Assembly: GCF_025526975.1 (NCBI RefSeq)
Contig: NW_026515679.1
Location: 558,001 to 622,000, forward strand
DNA length: 64,000 nt
From: Fimicolochytrium jonesii
Lineage: Eukaryota
Direction: 5' to 3'
Shown here: positions 25,520 through 39,160 of the stretch, one piece after another
Position numbering within the stretch: position 1 is the first letter of the stretch
How the letters are laid out: each line of letters opens with the position of its first letter
The notes under the pieces: model-generated
What the model was told of the DNA's origin: nothing
The model's database searches: none
What the model saw: only the letters and a program-made list of their open reading frames with translations
Translations under genes and position numbers: made by a program

Positions 25520-27377
25520 ATGGCACAAAGGATACCTTCGTTCGTATCGGCGGCCCGCTCAGTCGTCGCCGCTACATCGCCGCCAAGTCGAATATACTGT
25601 AGCGCATCGCCGTCGTTGTTTTTTCCTTCAGGCTTTTGCGCCGCGACCGTAGGGAAAAGTTGTTCGGCGGGTGCACGATTCTTCTCCTCGAAGCGACCGG
25701 CGCAGGTCGCTAGCGTCCTTCTTAGGCAGCGGCAGTATGTCGCCGACCATTCGCTTCCTTCGCTGTCGATAGTCTCTGGACTCTCGGGATCTATCGCATG
25801 GCGGGGCAACCCACCGGCACGCGGAGTAGCCACCACAGTCACCCCAGACGCCGCCAGTCCCATCAGCAACACCACTGCAACAACAGCACCCCAACCCTCC
25901 ACAACCTCCTCCAACCACCACGACGCAAACTCGAACCCCGGCGAAGAGCAAACCGTCAGCAAACCCATAGTCGGCTACTGGTACCTTTTCTGCGGCTCCC
26001 TGGTCTTCGGCATCGTCGCCCTGGGCGGATTCACGCGGCTTACGGAGAGCGGGTTATCGATCGTAGAGTGGAATTTGATCAAGGGGATGAAACCGCCGCG
26101 GACGCAGGAGGAGTGGGAGGAGGAGTTTGAGAAGTACAAGCAGTTTCCGGAGTTCAAGCTGTGAGTACCAGTTCTACAGGTGGGGGGATGGACGGGATTG
26201 GAGAGAGGGATGCTAATGGTTTGCATTGTTGTGATAGGATGAACCATCGGATGACGCTGCCGGAGTTCAAGTTTATCTTTTATATGGAATGGGCGCATAG
26301 GATGGTCGGGCGGTTCATTGGGCTTTCGTTCATCATCCCTGGCGCATACTTTGCTTACAAGGGATACATGAGCAAAACCATCCGGAACAGATCATTACTC
26401 GTCGCGACACTCATCGGGGCACAGGTAGGCTTCCAGGTTCACCTCTGCAATCCCATTTTCAGCCATATTGATGTTAGCTGTCTCCCACCAGGGCCTCCTC
26501 GGCTGGCTCATGGTCCGCAGCGGCCTCTCCCCCGAACTCATGGAAACCGCCCACGCTGTGCCACGCGTAAGCCACTATTGGCTCACAGCTCACTTAGGGT
26601 CCGCGTTCACCATCTACTCGATCATGCTCGTCACCGGCCTGGACATTCTGCGCGCTAACCGCGTGAAGGCATCCGTGGCCGTTGAGAACAGCGTCAAGGC
26701 GGCGTTGGCGACGGTTGATGTAAGGCGGTTTGCGAAGTACTCGAGGGCGGTGGCTGGGTTGGTGTTTTTGACGGCGCTTTCAGGTATGTTAGCCGTTCCG
26801 TGCTGACTGCTGGTGTCAGCTGGGTCGGTAAGCAACTTGGGAATGATGACGGACTCTGATCTCCAACGTTCAACAGGCGGCTTGGTAGCAGGCCTCGACG
26901 CCGGCCTCATCTACAACGAGTTCCCTCAGATGGGCGAAGGCCTCGTCCCCTCCGACATGTGGGCCTACTCCACACAAACCGACCGTAACCCGAACCCCTT
27001 ACCCTGGTGGCGGAACCTCCTAGAGAATCCAGCTGCCGTGCAGTTCAACCATCGCGTCATGGTTCGTTTGCCCCTCTCTCCATCACATATCCCTCATACC
27101 CACCCGCACTAACCCGTGGATCTTTTCAAAGGCGATGACAACTGCAACAACAATCCTAACCCTCTTCCTCGCCTCCCGCCGCTTCACCCTCCCGCGGACT
27201 CCGCGTCTCGCGACCAACGCCCTGCTGGCCATGGTGGGTGTGCAAGCGACGCTGGGGATCTGCACACTGCTATACTTTGTGCCGACCCCGTTGGCGGCGG
27301 CGCATCAGAGCGGGTCGTTGACGCTGTTGAGTGTTGCGCTTTGGTTGATGCAGAGTTTGAGGTATGTTAGGAGGTAG
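25520..27377 (+). CDS. COX15: Heme A synthase, multi-exon, with mitochondrial presequence
   Basis: [62 protein letters not shown]. Confidence 0.95.
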
Positions 27378-27704
27378 TTGGGGGGAGGGAGTTGTAGGGT
27401 GAGGATTTGCGTAGAGTGGGTGTTGTGAGGTGATACAAACGTTTACAGAAGGGTGGGAGAACTCTACGCCAGTCGTATATAGAGTTTTTTTTTTACAATT
27501 GTATGCAACATTGAGTCCAGTCATCCGTTTCATGTATCAAACTTCTTCACCCGGTTCTGGAGAATTGAAAAAACGTCAGTTTGCTGTCAATTGACCGGTC
27601 GCGTTGTGCTCTCTTTGGTTTCGTGGGTGCACAAACCCCGGTTCTGCCACCCCTGTTTCTGGCCCTTCCCTGCTACCACTGCACTTGCAGAACAAAAGGC
27701 GAGG

Positions 27705-28096
27705 AAGATGTGCTATATACATAAATGTGAAGATGGAAGGCGCATGCCGAATGACTAACGCCTTGCCGACATTCGGTATAATGTAGCGTACGTGGTGTGT
27801 GGGAGGTGAAAATTCATGTGAAGAAACGTCACCAAGATGAGCCTTGCTGTGCCGAGGGAGCGAGGGCGTGTTCACATCAGCATGGAACATTCAACCAAGA
27901 TCTGTCATTGGTTTCCAGACGAATGGATTGGCCAAGTAAAACGCCGTGCGAGGTAAAAGGTTCTATTTCTATTCCACCCATACGCCATTGTGTCTGCTAA
28001 GCCACGAATTAGCTGCGTTAAGCGGGGGAGTCTAAATGAGGGGATAATGCATAAGATGTGCTATATACAAGAATGTGAAGATGGAAGGCGCACGCC
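27705..28096. repeat. Direct repeat pair of about 44 bp (27705-27748 and 28053-28096)
   Basis: aagatgtgctatataca(ta/ag)aatgtgaagatggaaggcgca(t/c)gcc occurs twice. Confidence 0.85.
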
Positions 28097-28099
28097 ATA

Positions 28100-29765
28100 C
28101 TACCACGCCATGACCAGCGCAGACGCGACGGCGATGCTGGCGATACTGGCGAAGGACGAGGATGTATATGTGGACGCCGCTGATTCGATGATTGTGCCTT
28201 TCGGCACGGGCACGTCGGCTAATGGCGTGAAACCGACGCTGCGGGCGGAGAAGTCCCATGTTGTGTAGAATGCCCTGATGGAAAAAATCAGGATGTTCAA
28301 CACAGACACTCAGCCTGTCATAAGAAACACCTACGTAATCGCCCAGGATGCTCACCTCAACACATTCATCCCAACCAACCCCATGCTCCCACCCAACGCC
28401 CCCTGCGTCCCCACAAACCCAATAATACACCCGTCCGAAAAGAACGAGTTCTGAACATACGCCGTCGCAGGCACAGACACCTTCACGCCGTTCAACTCCA
28501 AAACCACATTCGGCATAGTCGCGGCCTTCGCACAGGCAATTTTATAGACGATGGGCGCCTCGGCGGACGGGAACTTGGCGAGCTCGCCGCCGAGGGTTGT
28601 GCCGAGGTAGGTGACGATTGGGCCGGGGAGGATGGTGAATGTTGTTCCGGTGTCGAGGAGGATGGGGAGGTCGTTTAAGGGTTGTGCTGGGGATGTGGCG
28701 CCGGCGATGGTGATGGATTTGCATTTAGGCGCCCAGAACGCTTCGTACACTGTGTCAACTGGGGCGGTGAGGTTGATCCATTGGGTGCCGGCGGAGGTGT
28801 TTACGTCGGTGCCGAAGTCTGTGTTGTTGAGGGTTAATCGGCCCTTTCTTGCGCCGCTGAAGCTGGGGAGGAAGCTGAAGCGGGTGATGTTGGATCCCAG
28901 AAGCTGTTGAACGGTGGAGGAACCTAGGGGTTTGATGGACGGCGACCCGGGCATTAGGCCTTTAAGCGGAAAACTCATCCCGAGTAACGCCGAGTGGGTC
29001 GCTACTACTGTATTCTCCTGCTCGTAGTGCTGGATATAGGCAAATGTGAAATTTGACAGCGTCTGGCCGTCCAGAGTAAGTACGTCCTGGGCAGCTATAC
29101 CCGTGACGTTTGTGTCATCGGCGTAGTGGAGCTGCACGGCCGCAGTAGTGGGCCGGAAGGTCGAGCTTCTTGGGGCGTTGAATTGCTGGCCGGTTAAACA
29201 GGCGAAGGACATGCATTGGTCGCCGAGGACGAAGGTGTCTGGTGAGCCTGTGTCGACAAGAGATTCGAACGTTTGTGGCGGGGTGCCCAGATTCAATTGC
29301 ACGGTTTGCTATGGGCGTGAACGGAAAGATTAGAGAGAAATTCATCGTTAACTGACGCTTGGTTATTTTGCACTCGTATGTTCGTTTCCTCCCGAGTCTC
29401 TCAACGTTGCTTCTAATGTCCATTTCCTCACGTTTTCCCAAGGGTTGCGCCCCTCCCTCAGTCCCTGCCGCTAGGCACACTCACAGTCCTTTAATCACTC
29501 AACATACCCCAAGCGCCAGTGTCCATGAGAGCGGAGTACTCCTCCTTGCCAGTGACCTAGACTCCTTAGTCGTGGCTTCGTGGATCGAGCTCAACACGGC
29601 ACTGGATTGGAAGGTCCTCGGTTAGCTACGCAACACGAGAGACCAAGTCCGAAACGTTTTCCCTTCCATAGACACATACTTTCTGAGACGGTCCCTGGGG
29701 TTTTCTTGGCAGGTGACGACGGTGGAAGTGGCCAGGACCAAGAGGGCGGCGACCGAGACGCGCAT
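28100..29765 (-). CDS. Secreted, probably GPI-anchored pepsin-family (A1) aspartic protease
   Basis: Signal peptide MRVSVAALLVLA, GTPPQTF..VDTGS, second catalytic motif LDTGT, and a Ser-rich plus hydrophobic C-terminus. Confidence 0.9.
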
Positions 29766-30303
29766 GGTGGGGACTTCGGGTATACGGACAGAATGGCCGA
29801 ACGGAATGTCGGGACTTCCTGCCTTTTCAAATTAGAGACGAACCGTCCGTTTCCGTTCCAGAGTCGTATACACATATATCGTTTGGAGGTTCCACCTGCT
29901 GCCCCATTTCCCAGCAGCGTTTGGATAAGGTTTTCGACCCCGTTTTGGCCAAGGCGGGTTTCCTACCCCAATATGTGCAATAAGCGCAGGATGATGGAAA
30001 AAGCGCGGTCGTCGATGCCTCTTGGCGCGTTCTGACCCAAACCCAAAGCAAACCCAAAGCTCCCTCGCTGCGGCGTCTCTCGTGCGACCCCAACTTCCCA
30101 CTTCCCTGCCGCTTGCTCGGGCAAGGAACGGGCACATGATCACTCAACGCAGGTTCCATATTGCCGCTTGAACGTTAACTCAGAACACTCTCTCCCATTC
30201 GCCTCACAAGTGATCTCATTGCCATACCCCCCGCTCTTCACAACAACAACGTTTGCATACCCCCAACTCCCACTCTTCACCACCACCACCACAAGCTCCA
30301 GAA

Positions 30304-30953
30304 ATGAAGTCCGCCATCCTCCTCCTCGCCCTGGCCCCCTTGGCTCTCGCCCAGTCCACCTCCGTCACCTCCGCTTCCTCCTCCGCCCGTTCGACTGCCA
30401 CCGCAACGACCTCCTCGGCGGGTGCACGTCCCACAGGAGCCGTCAACGGAACCGTTCCAATTGCAGGCAACGGAACTGCGACAAACACCACCGCACCCAT
30501 GCACGCCGGTACTTGCGACCCCACCAAGCGTGCTGCCTGCTTCAATGGAATGACGAGGGATACTTTGTGCTCTAACCCGCAGAACCAGAACGTACGTGGA
30601 CTTGTCCGAAGAATTGCTTGTAGTTGCGCTTGTCTATGTCTCATTCGTTCCCCAAAACCCCTATCTCTCTCTTCAAATAGACCGCTGGAGCCTGTCTCGC
30701 TGCCCTGACCTGTGACGGCGAAGCCCTCACTGTCCGTCAAATGGCTACTCTACCCCAGTTCGCATGCATCTCCGCCGCCGACGGCCTCATCAACCCTCCC
30801 ACCGCACCCCTGAAACCCGCGGCCACAGTGCCATTCACATCACCTACACCTTTCCAGGCCGCGAAGGCCGGGGCCAGCAGCTTGAAGGACACCGTGGTTG
30901 TCAGTGGAGCGTTGATGGGTGCCGTCGCTGTGGCTTTTATGGCCGCTGCTTAG
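30304..30953 (+). CDS. Small secreted Ser/Thr-rich, Cys-containing, probably GPI-anchored protein, 2 exons
   Basis: Signal MKSAILLLALAPLALAQ, an S/T-rich stalk, several Cys, and a hydrophobic tail GALMGAVAVAFMAAA. Confidence 0.75.
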
Positions 30954-31706
30954 AGGGACTTACTTACTGGACTCTTTGTGGCTATCGGTCGTAGAGGTAG
31001 AATACAGTAGAGGGAATTGCGGCGTAGGTTGCAGGACAACGTATATAGCAGTAGAAACCAACATATTACCCTACAGGATCGTACGCTTTATACACACATG
31101 TTATTAATGTAATGAAAGAAGCTATAAGGAGTTATGAAATTCATTTGATGGGCAGAAATGAGAAGGGCTCTTGCTGTTGGGTTCCTCTCCAAAGAAAGCA
31201 CTAGAGGAGAGCGTTAGCGCTGGATCTGGACCGTGCCCTGAACGGTGCCACCTAGGGGAATCGCTTGGCTTTTGCTTGCTTCGCTTGGTCCTGTGCCCTA
31301 AACCGCGCAGTATGTGGTTTCAACATATGGAGCAAAACCAAGCCATGACTCGGGAAGGCTGGGCAAAAGCAAGCCATGGCCAAACCATGGTTTCCGCATA
31401 TTTCAAGAAAAACTCGAAAAAGGGCTCTGCCAAGCATTGAATTTGCAAAACCTGCATGGAAATGAGTGATCTCTACACAACCTTACTAAATTGTTCAGAT
31501 GTGAACAGAGAAGTGGACCAGCCATACTCCTACGGAAAACGGGGCTGTCAAAGGAGCTGTCAAAAATGGGGAGAGATACGAGCAAAGCGACGCGAGCCAC
31601 GGTTTGCTTGCCTCGAGCATGCTCGACTACCCCTCCCTGGGACCTGCCCTGTCTGCAACCGGCACACTTTTTCCAATCGTTTTCCAGCTTTGTAGTTTAT
31701 AAAGAT

Positions 31707-32220
31707 ATGGAGAAGTACAGAAGGACCAGTGTTGGGCAGGACCCGGTTGCAGCGCCGCTGGCTCCCAACGAGATTCGGATATCACAAGGTGGGAAGATCA
31801 ACAAGCTGGTCGAGAACATCATCAAGTTGCACAAGGTGAGTCTGCCAACGACTTTCGCCATCTGTCGGTGGTCTTTATTCTCATTTACCAACGCTTTTTT
31901 TTTTTCTCAGGAAGGCAAACACACCACAATCATAATAACCGGCAAAGGCAACGCGGTCAACAAAGCCGTCACAGTCGCCGAAATCGCCAAACGGAAACTG
32001 GGCGGGGATAAGTCCGTCTCGCAGCATACCGATATATACAACGAGGAGGTTACGGATGTTTGGGATCCGATCGAGGGCGATTTGGATAGGTTCGTGAGGG
32101 GGCTGTGTGTGTTTGTGATTTCGGAGCGGTAAAAACTGATGACTGTGATGCAGGCTGCTTGTTATTCGACATACGCCGTGCATAAAGATGACGTTTACTA
32201 TGGTTAATGCCATGAGCTAG
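31707..32220 (+). CDS. Alba-domain protein (RPP25/Pop6-like), 3 exons
   Basis: NEIRISQGGKI, IIITGKGNAVNKAVTVAEIAKR, VTDVWDP, |LLVIRHTPCIKMTF. Confidence 0.85.
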
Positions 32221-32901
32221 AGGGCATAGCGGTGAATTAACCGGCATGGAAATGTTCAACCCGCGCCATATCCCGACTTGAAGGGTTGGCGACGCCCCCG
32301 AGGACCGGTGGATCCGGCATGCAAGTCTACGCACTGGAAAGCACGTGCAGCCGAGACTGGTAGTGGATAGCATGTGCTCGCCAGCAAGAGCAGGACTGTG
32401 CAGTTTTGGGGTTTCGAAGGCTGCAACGTACCGTCAACCAGATGCCGATATTGTCCGACAACAGACCGGCCATGATTGCCAGGCATGGGCACGACTAGCG
32501 ACGGGATGGAGAGGATCAGAGTACAGTCGGATAGACTGGCGGGGGGGGGAGTTCAATGTGGCGGTATGGGACTACGGTCGCGCTGTGGAGATGCCGCACT
32601 TCAGTGAATATCCCGACGATGGAGCGCATCGTAGTACATGCGCCTCGCAGTTACATCTCGTCAAACCCTCGGCGGGTGTGTAGAGGGAATCGCTGCCTGA
32701 TTGACCATAGCGGCGTAAAATCGAGATTTAGTCCATCTCTTCATCTTTGATTCGCAATGGTATCTGAGACTTCGCAGGGTCAAGTCCGGCTTCTCATATG
32801 TTGTCTAAGGCAACATCCGTACGCTCATAAAGTTATCATTTTGTCAATACCGCATCAGCCACGAGAATGAGAGTAAATATGAGGCCGTCACCAGTCCGTC
32901 T

Positions 32902-34848
32902 TCACGCATACGACTCCCACACCAAAAGTACCACATACCACCCAACCGCCCAAACCACCACCTCCCCGAAATTCGCCCCAAACCTCCTCCTAACCATCCC
33001 ATCCCCCAACATCCACAACCCCGGCGCCCTCGCACACACCCTCGCCACAACCCCCCCACCCCCCCTCCCCCTCGAATTCGCCACGCTTAGCCTCGCACTC
33101 CTCCTCCGCGCACTCCGTCGTAGGAATTCCCCGCGCTGGTTGCCGTACGAGAACATCGGGATCTGGATATAGGACGGCGCATCGGCCCAGACTTGCCGGT
33201 ACGTCCAGTGCAGGAGGAGGGGGAGCGTGATGAGAGCGAGGAAGGCGTACCAGATGTAGACGGGGATTTGGGGGGGAAGGGGGCAGGTTGCCAGGGCGAA
33301 GGTTTGTGTGGGAGTTGTGGGGTGGGGGGCGGCGTGGGAGGGGAGGAGGGTTAGGAGGGCATAGCCGGGGTGGACGTTGCCCTGTGAGAGACAAGTCCGT
33401 GTTAGCATATTCGAGACAATAGTCATCCACATACTTTGAGGCTGTGCTGACCTGCATCCAAGAGAAGGTGGCAACAGTATATTCCTTCGCGGTCCCGCTT
33501 TCAAACGTGTGTTCGTTCTCACACCAATCATGGTCGTCGCCAGACAACACAAGCGAAGGTTTTATCTTCTCCAGAATGTGCTTTGACAACGATTCCACGA
33601 CAAGATCTGCGACAAACGGCACAAGTAGATGAGCAAGGGGCTGATTTGCCCGCATGCGGTAACGGTTCCTTCCCACGTACTCTGGTACTGATAACCCCGT
33701 CCTTGTTTCATCGGCGGGTTCCTTCTTAGTTTCCCACAGTCGTGGTCATCACGCCGGTATAAGGGAACGTGCGTGCCTAGAATGCGCGGGTTCGATGATG
33801 ATTCTCCTGCATGGTAAAGGTTAGTCAGCACTTGCCCATTGCACTTCAACCTGAGAGGCGAGGACACACCCACCTTCTGAGAAGTCAGTCAGAAAGTCCA
33901 GCGCGGCATCAGCAGGTCTTGTTCCAGCGGGCCCGCTCAAGCTCACAGTGTCCAGCACGATGAGCGTATGGTTTGCCACTTCTACGGCATAATTGGGTTC
34001 TCCAAACACAGCTCTGTATCTGTCGTATGCTTCAGGTATCACTGTACACCATCAAATGTCAGCTTTACCTCTCCCCGAAGATATTAGTGACAAGTGAAAG
34101 CAGTGTACCTTTATCCCCAAACCCAATGTCATGGTTCCCGGCCGCCCAAAATATCGGCGTGCCATCCCTGACATTAAAAACGCTCTTGACACGTTGCGCT
34201 TCGGACTCATACCGAGAACTGCCCTTCATATCGCACGTTGTTAAACACTTCATCACGGCCGCCATGAGTGACGACATTCAGCTTACGCTTGGTTTCCGAC
34301 CCATTCCCTACCCCCGTCCATGATGTCGCCCAACACCCAGTATCCATGCGGTTCGAGTTTGGAGGAGATGAGGCGGAAGTTCCGCCGCATGTAGAGGTCG
34401 GAGTAGAATGAGGTGAGGCGGAGCTTCAGGCCCTATTGATGATGTCAGTAGAAGCTCCTGTCAGAAAGGCAACCCTCAAGAAACGGATGTACGAACCGAC
34501 TGATGATAAGAATAAGCATCCGTCAACTGCGGATCCGCAATAACAGCCAGGTGCACTTCATCCCGTCTATTCTAACACCCCCAACCTCGTCAGAACTCCC
34601 ATTCCCAACCTGGGCTAGCCCAACCAAATCGTCACCTTTCCAACAACCGGCCATGAACATGAAGAGATATAAATCCGCGGCACCAACACCTCGCATATCA
34701 GCAGGTTGACCACCCAAAGAAAGATGAAGGGGTTGTGGCTTGCTCGTTTGCTGAGGGACCGGAGGAGGGAGAGGGCTCGTGGCTTCCTGTTCGAAGTTGC
34801 AAGATCAGTCGCTCATCTCGATGTGGGATTCCAAGGCATTGCTTACAT
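32902..34848 (-). CDS. CDC1: Metallophosphoesterase Cdc1/MPPE1 (GPI remodelling), multi-exon
   Basis: VIADPQLTD, LGDIMDGGR, AGNHDIG, THVPLYR, LSGDDHDWC, EYTVATFSWMQ|G and C-terminal TMs. The start codon is split AT|G. Confidence 0.9.
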
Positions 34849-35108
34849 GGTGACACCGCAGGAGTGGCCCTGCGTGGAGACCTGGATAGCGATCCCCGGG
34901 GGTCTGAGTGCCGGCTTATTCAGACTTGTCGCCTGAATAGGTTATTGTGGAATCCTGAAACATGTCCAACTCCCCATCCAAGGACAGATCCAAGGGTTTG
35001 AACCTTTTGAACGCGTTTTCCCCAAGCGCTCCCAAGCGTCCTTTCTTCGACATGAAAGGAATTTGACACAGCGACCCCGAGACTGGCGGCGTCACAATTG
35101 GGTCCTTA

Positions 35109-38100
35109 ATGAGTTCGATAACGGATGTCTCAGAGTGGAAGCTAAGGCCTATATATGGTGAGATAGACTTTCCACTTTGAACCTTCCGGACGCTGCCCTC
35201 ACACAAAACGACCTTAAGAGGCCTTGGACTCCTACTCGAACAAGCAAGCCATTTCGCTATGCAATAAGCATTTGAAAAAACAGCCGAATGCACTCATCCT
35301 AAAGGTTGGGCCAGCAGTTTTATCATTGAGAGGCCTCTAAGGCTAACCTTTTCCACTGCAGGCGCTGAAGGCAATAGCCCTAGATCGCTCCGGAAGAGAC
35401 GACGAAGCACTCGAACTCTGCGACGAAGTCAAAAAGGGGGATGTCAGCGACGAGGCGATTCTGCAAGCGATTGTGATGGTCTATCGGGGCCATGGGAGAC
35501 GTATGTGGCAAGGGAACGTGTGGGTCAAGGATGTTTTGTTAGTTGTCGGGCTAAGCGGTGGATGTCGTATGGTTGATAGATGCGGATATCATCGAGGTGT
35601 ACAAGAACGCGTATGCGAAGGCGCCGAAGAACGAGGAGCTTGCCAACCACTGGTTTATGGCATTGGTTAGAGCGGATGACCGATCGGCGATGCAACAGGT
35701 GGGACCAGTTGTTGAATAGATGGAGCTGGACAAGCCTGATGCTGACTGGGTGGATCCGATGTGCAGGCTGCGATGAAGATACAGAAGCAGTTCAAGGACA
35801 ACCGATACATGTTCTGGACGATCATGTCGCTGTGGCTACAGGTGCGGCTGGAAAGAGTTTGAGATGAGAGCCCTCGGAATGAGGTTCTGATCCTCGGGAC
35901 TAGGCGAAACCAGGGTCGGCAGGTCCAGACTTGAGTCTGACGCTCACGGAACGAATGCTTGCGAAAGCAGCGCAGGAGAAGCGGATCACTGACTATGAAG
36001 GTAGTCAGCCAGCCCCTGTCTCGAGACATCGCCTGAGTCCACACTGCTTATCCCTCCACAGCTCTGCAGCTCTACCTGGAAGTTCTGGAGAAGCAGGGAA
36101 AGCACGCGGAAGCACTTCAGATCGCACAGGGTGAACTGGGCAATCTTTGCAAAGTCGACGCCGATCGTAAACGCATCATTGTGCGATTAGCAAAGGCGGC
36201 AAAGGAATGGAGCACCGTTCGCTCGGTGAGCAAGGAGCTGTTGTTGGCAAAGTGGGTGATATGTCGCAAATTGATGACTCGTGTCGAACTGAGGATCTCA
36301 CACGCCTGGCCCTTTACTTTAGTCCTGATGATTGGCTCAGCTATTGCGATTACATTGCCGCGTTCATAGAGCTTCTTCCTGTCGAGGACCGCAAGTAAGC
36401 AGGATCAGTGTCGAGTTCTGCCCAACTGCGCTCAGCTCACTCATTGTTCAATCGCAGCCCCGACTCCGTGCAATTGACGCAGTTCCGCGACCTGATCTCC
36501 GTGCTGCAGAGCAAAGGGTCTTCGGACAAGCACGTGAAGAGAGGTCCCTACCTCGGTGAACTGGAACTGGAGAAAGCTCTCCTATCGCTGCCAAACTCCA
36601 AATTTGACACGACCCACATAAGCGAACTGATCGGCCATTACCTCGCGCGCTTCGGAGCAACACTGTCCTGCTTTGACGATCTGAAGCCGTATTTGGAGCT
36701 CCTCCAGCCGGGAAGTATCGATCAATCGGCCGTGATCTCCGAACAAGGGGAGGACTCGAAGCCTGTGGACAAAATCAGGCGGCGAGTGAATCTGGAAAAG
36801 ATTCGGAGATATACCAGCAAGAAGTTGAGCGTCGAGGAGACTGCCGCCATCGTTGGTGACTACTTGCGGGCATACAAGGAGAGCATTCCTATCGGTAAGT
36901 GAGCGAGACCGTTGGAACTGTAACGACTACATTGGTGCTGACGTGTCGCATTGGCAGGCAAGGATCTGGACAAGCGCGAACTGCAGCCAGGGGATGACTA
37001 TGTCTTGTTGGTCGCTCACTATTTATTAGATATCTTCCAGAACGACAGAGGTAGGGCAGCCGCTTTAACGTGAATGAGCCTGGCCAATCCGGGCGACACA
37101 GCTAACATGCCGCAAAATGCAGACAACCGCGCATTGCTCGCTCAGATTGCAGCTGTTCTGGAGTACGGATTACAACGGAGCGAGTGGAACTATCAGATCA
37201 GACTGCTTCTTGTGCGAGTGTACTTTGAGCTAGGTGCGTGCGGCTTATGATAGCACATGCCATACGGCGGCCGTAACTGCTTCTCAGCGCCTATGGATCT
37301 CTCGTTCAGGTGTACACCAACGAATCTCAGAAATCGTCAATGTGATGAGCATCAAACAAGTCCAACACGATACATTGAGGTTTGTGACCAACTGGGACCA
37401 GCAACTTCCAATTACATACCCACCAATCAACCGATGACTTCTAGCTTCTTCTACACCGATGACCTCGAATACTTGGGATGCCCGGACACCGCCTTGCGTG
37501 CTTTACTGAAGACCACCACGATTCACCATTCGAATGAACGCGAGGTGACGAGGTTATCATGAGGTGCTTGAACGCATGGTGCCGGTCTTCTCATTTCTCT
37601 GGCACATTATAGACACCGGAAATGATCGTTCAGGCCTTCAAGTTTGGAACTTACTCCAAGGTGTGTGCTTTCTGATTCTGCAGATTGGTGCCGTTATACT
37701 ATATAATAGCTGACCCATTATATCGTACGTAGATCCCCGAGTTCATCCGTTTCCGCAACAGGCTGCGCAACTCGATACAGCGCACAGTGTCCCAGAAACA
37801 GCTTTATCGGGTCGAGACACTAAGGCGCTTCCCTGACCGAGCAGACTTTGCGGAGTACCTTGATGGCCTTGATCAAGCAACCTTGAAGTACTCGGGTATG
37901 ACGACCCCGTGTTCCATGGAGATTTCACTGGCATCACTAAGAGGCCGTTCGGGATTCCAGATGCCGACATCGACCAGCTTTCTGATAACCGGGACGTCAA
38001 ATTGCTTTCAAACTGGGGTGGTGCACCGGTTGCCGATGTGGTGCGGGGAGCTACTTTCCCACGAGACAGGGTATGTTCAATTTTGTTTCCTGGTCGGTCC

Positions 38101-39160
38101 AACGTCAACGCATGCGAGACTGTTTGATCAAACCCTCCCCAATCGCAGCGGACCTGGCTGAAGCTCAATGCGCTTATCCCACTGATTCTGCGAGGCTTAA
38201 CGTCGGGCGGGGCAAAGCCGTGGGAGGAGCACCACAAGGCTCTTCGGAGTGTTCTAGATTCTGCAAAATCGGTTAACCAAGATGCAGATGAACTGGCGAG
38301 CGCTGAGTTGCTCTACACCATCTCCCAGGCACACTTGGATGCAATCGGAAAAGGTGAGTTGGCAATGTCTACAACCGAGGCAGGCCTGAGATCTGATTCT
38401 AACGTTGTTATACTTCGGCGTGTCCTTAGACGCGATAGATTTCACACCACTAAGTCAAGCAGTGGCCTCTTTGAAAGGTGGGCTTCACGAATGTCCCTAC
38501 TAGAACATTTGTCGGTAATCATACCGTTTACCTTGGCTTTTCCAGATTCAATGCCAAAGCTGCAGCCTTCATCCCCTTTGTCCTACGATGTCCTTCGGAG
38601 ACTCACTATATTCTTGGAGGTACGCCACAGCTTCCCGGCTCTCATATTTACAGATTTGGTCCTCTCTAAGTACGCATGCCTTCAGAAATGCAACTATGTC
38701 GCAATTTCTCTAGAATTCGGTACCAAAGCGGCGCCAGCAGCCGATGGTGGGAAGAGTAAAGCCAAACCGGTTTCGACTGCTGCCACAGCGACCATGGCGT
38801 CTACGAGCAAAGACCCGTCCGCAGTACGGGCGGAGCTCAGAGCTGTGTTAATCGCTTTTGAAAGTGAGCTTTCCGGGGCTCTTCAGCCCCTGGAAGCGGC
38901 CGGCAGCAGTAGCATGGTTGCGGAGCTTCTGTTTGGCGCCACGCCGGGACCGCTGTCGGTTTTGAGTGGAATGGAGGGCGATGAGGTAAGTGACCGACCG
39001 TCTTTTCTCTCACGAAGCAATTGTGCACTGATGCCTTGCACCTCCAATCGCTTCGCATTAGGGGCAGAAGATGCGGGACTATGTAGCCACCAACGTCTGC
39101 GCCAGCTGGGTGTCTTCTCTCAAGAGCCTGGTATTGACAGTTGTCCGCAGCCTCGAATAG
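35109..39160 (+). CDS. MDM20: NatB N-acetyltransferase auxiliary subunit NAA25/Mdm20, many exons
   Basis: EWKLRPIY, ALKAIAL, NEELANHWFMA, YMFWTIMSL, RGPYLGELEL, CFDDLKPYL, ELQPGDDY, IKQVQHDTL. Confidence 0.9.

Noticed and set aside
28325..28355. ILGDY reading inside the last aspartic-protease intron
   Set aside because: It is out of frame. The spliced LVGMNVLR|AFYTTWD already fills this motif position.
32230..32700. WD40-like fragments (RTVQFW, VAVWDY) downstream of the Alba gene
   Set aside because: They are in different frames and too short to support a call.
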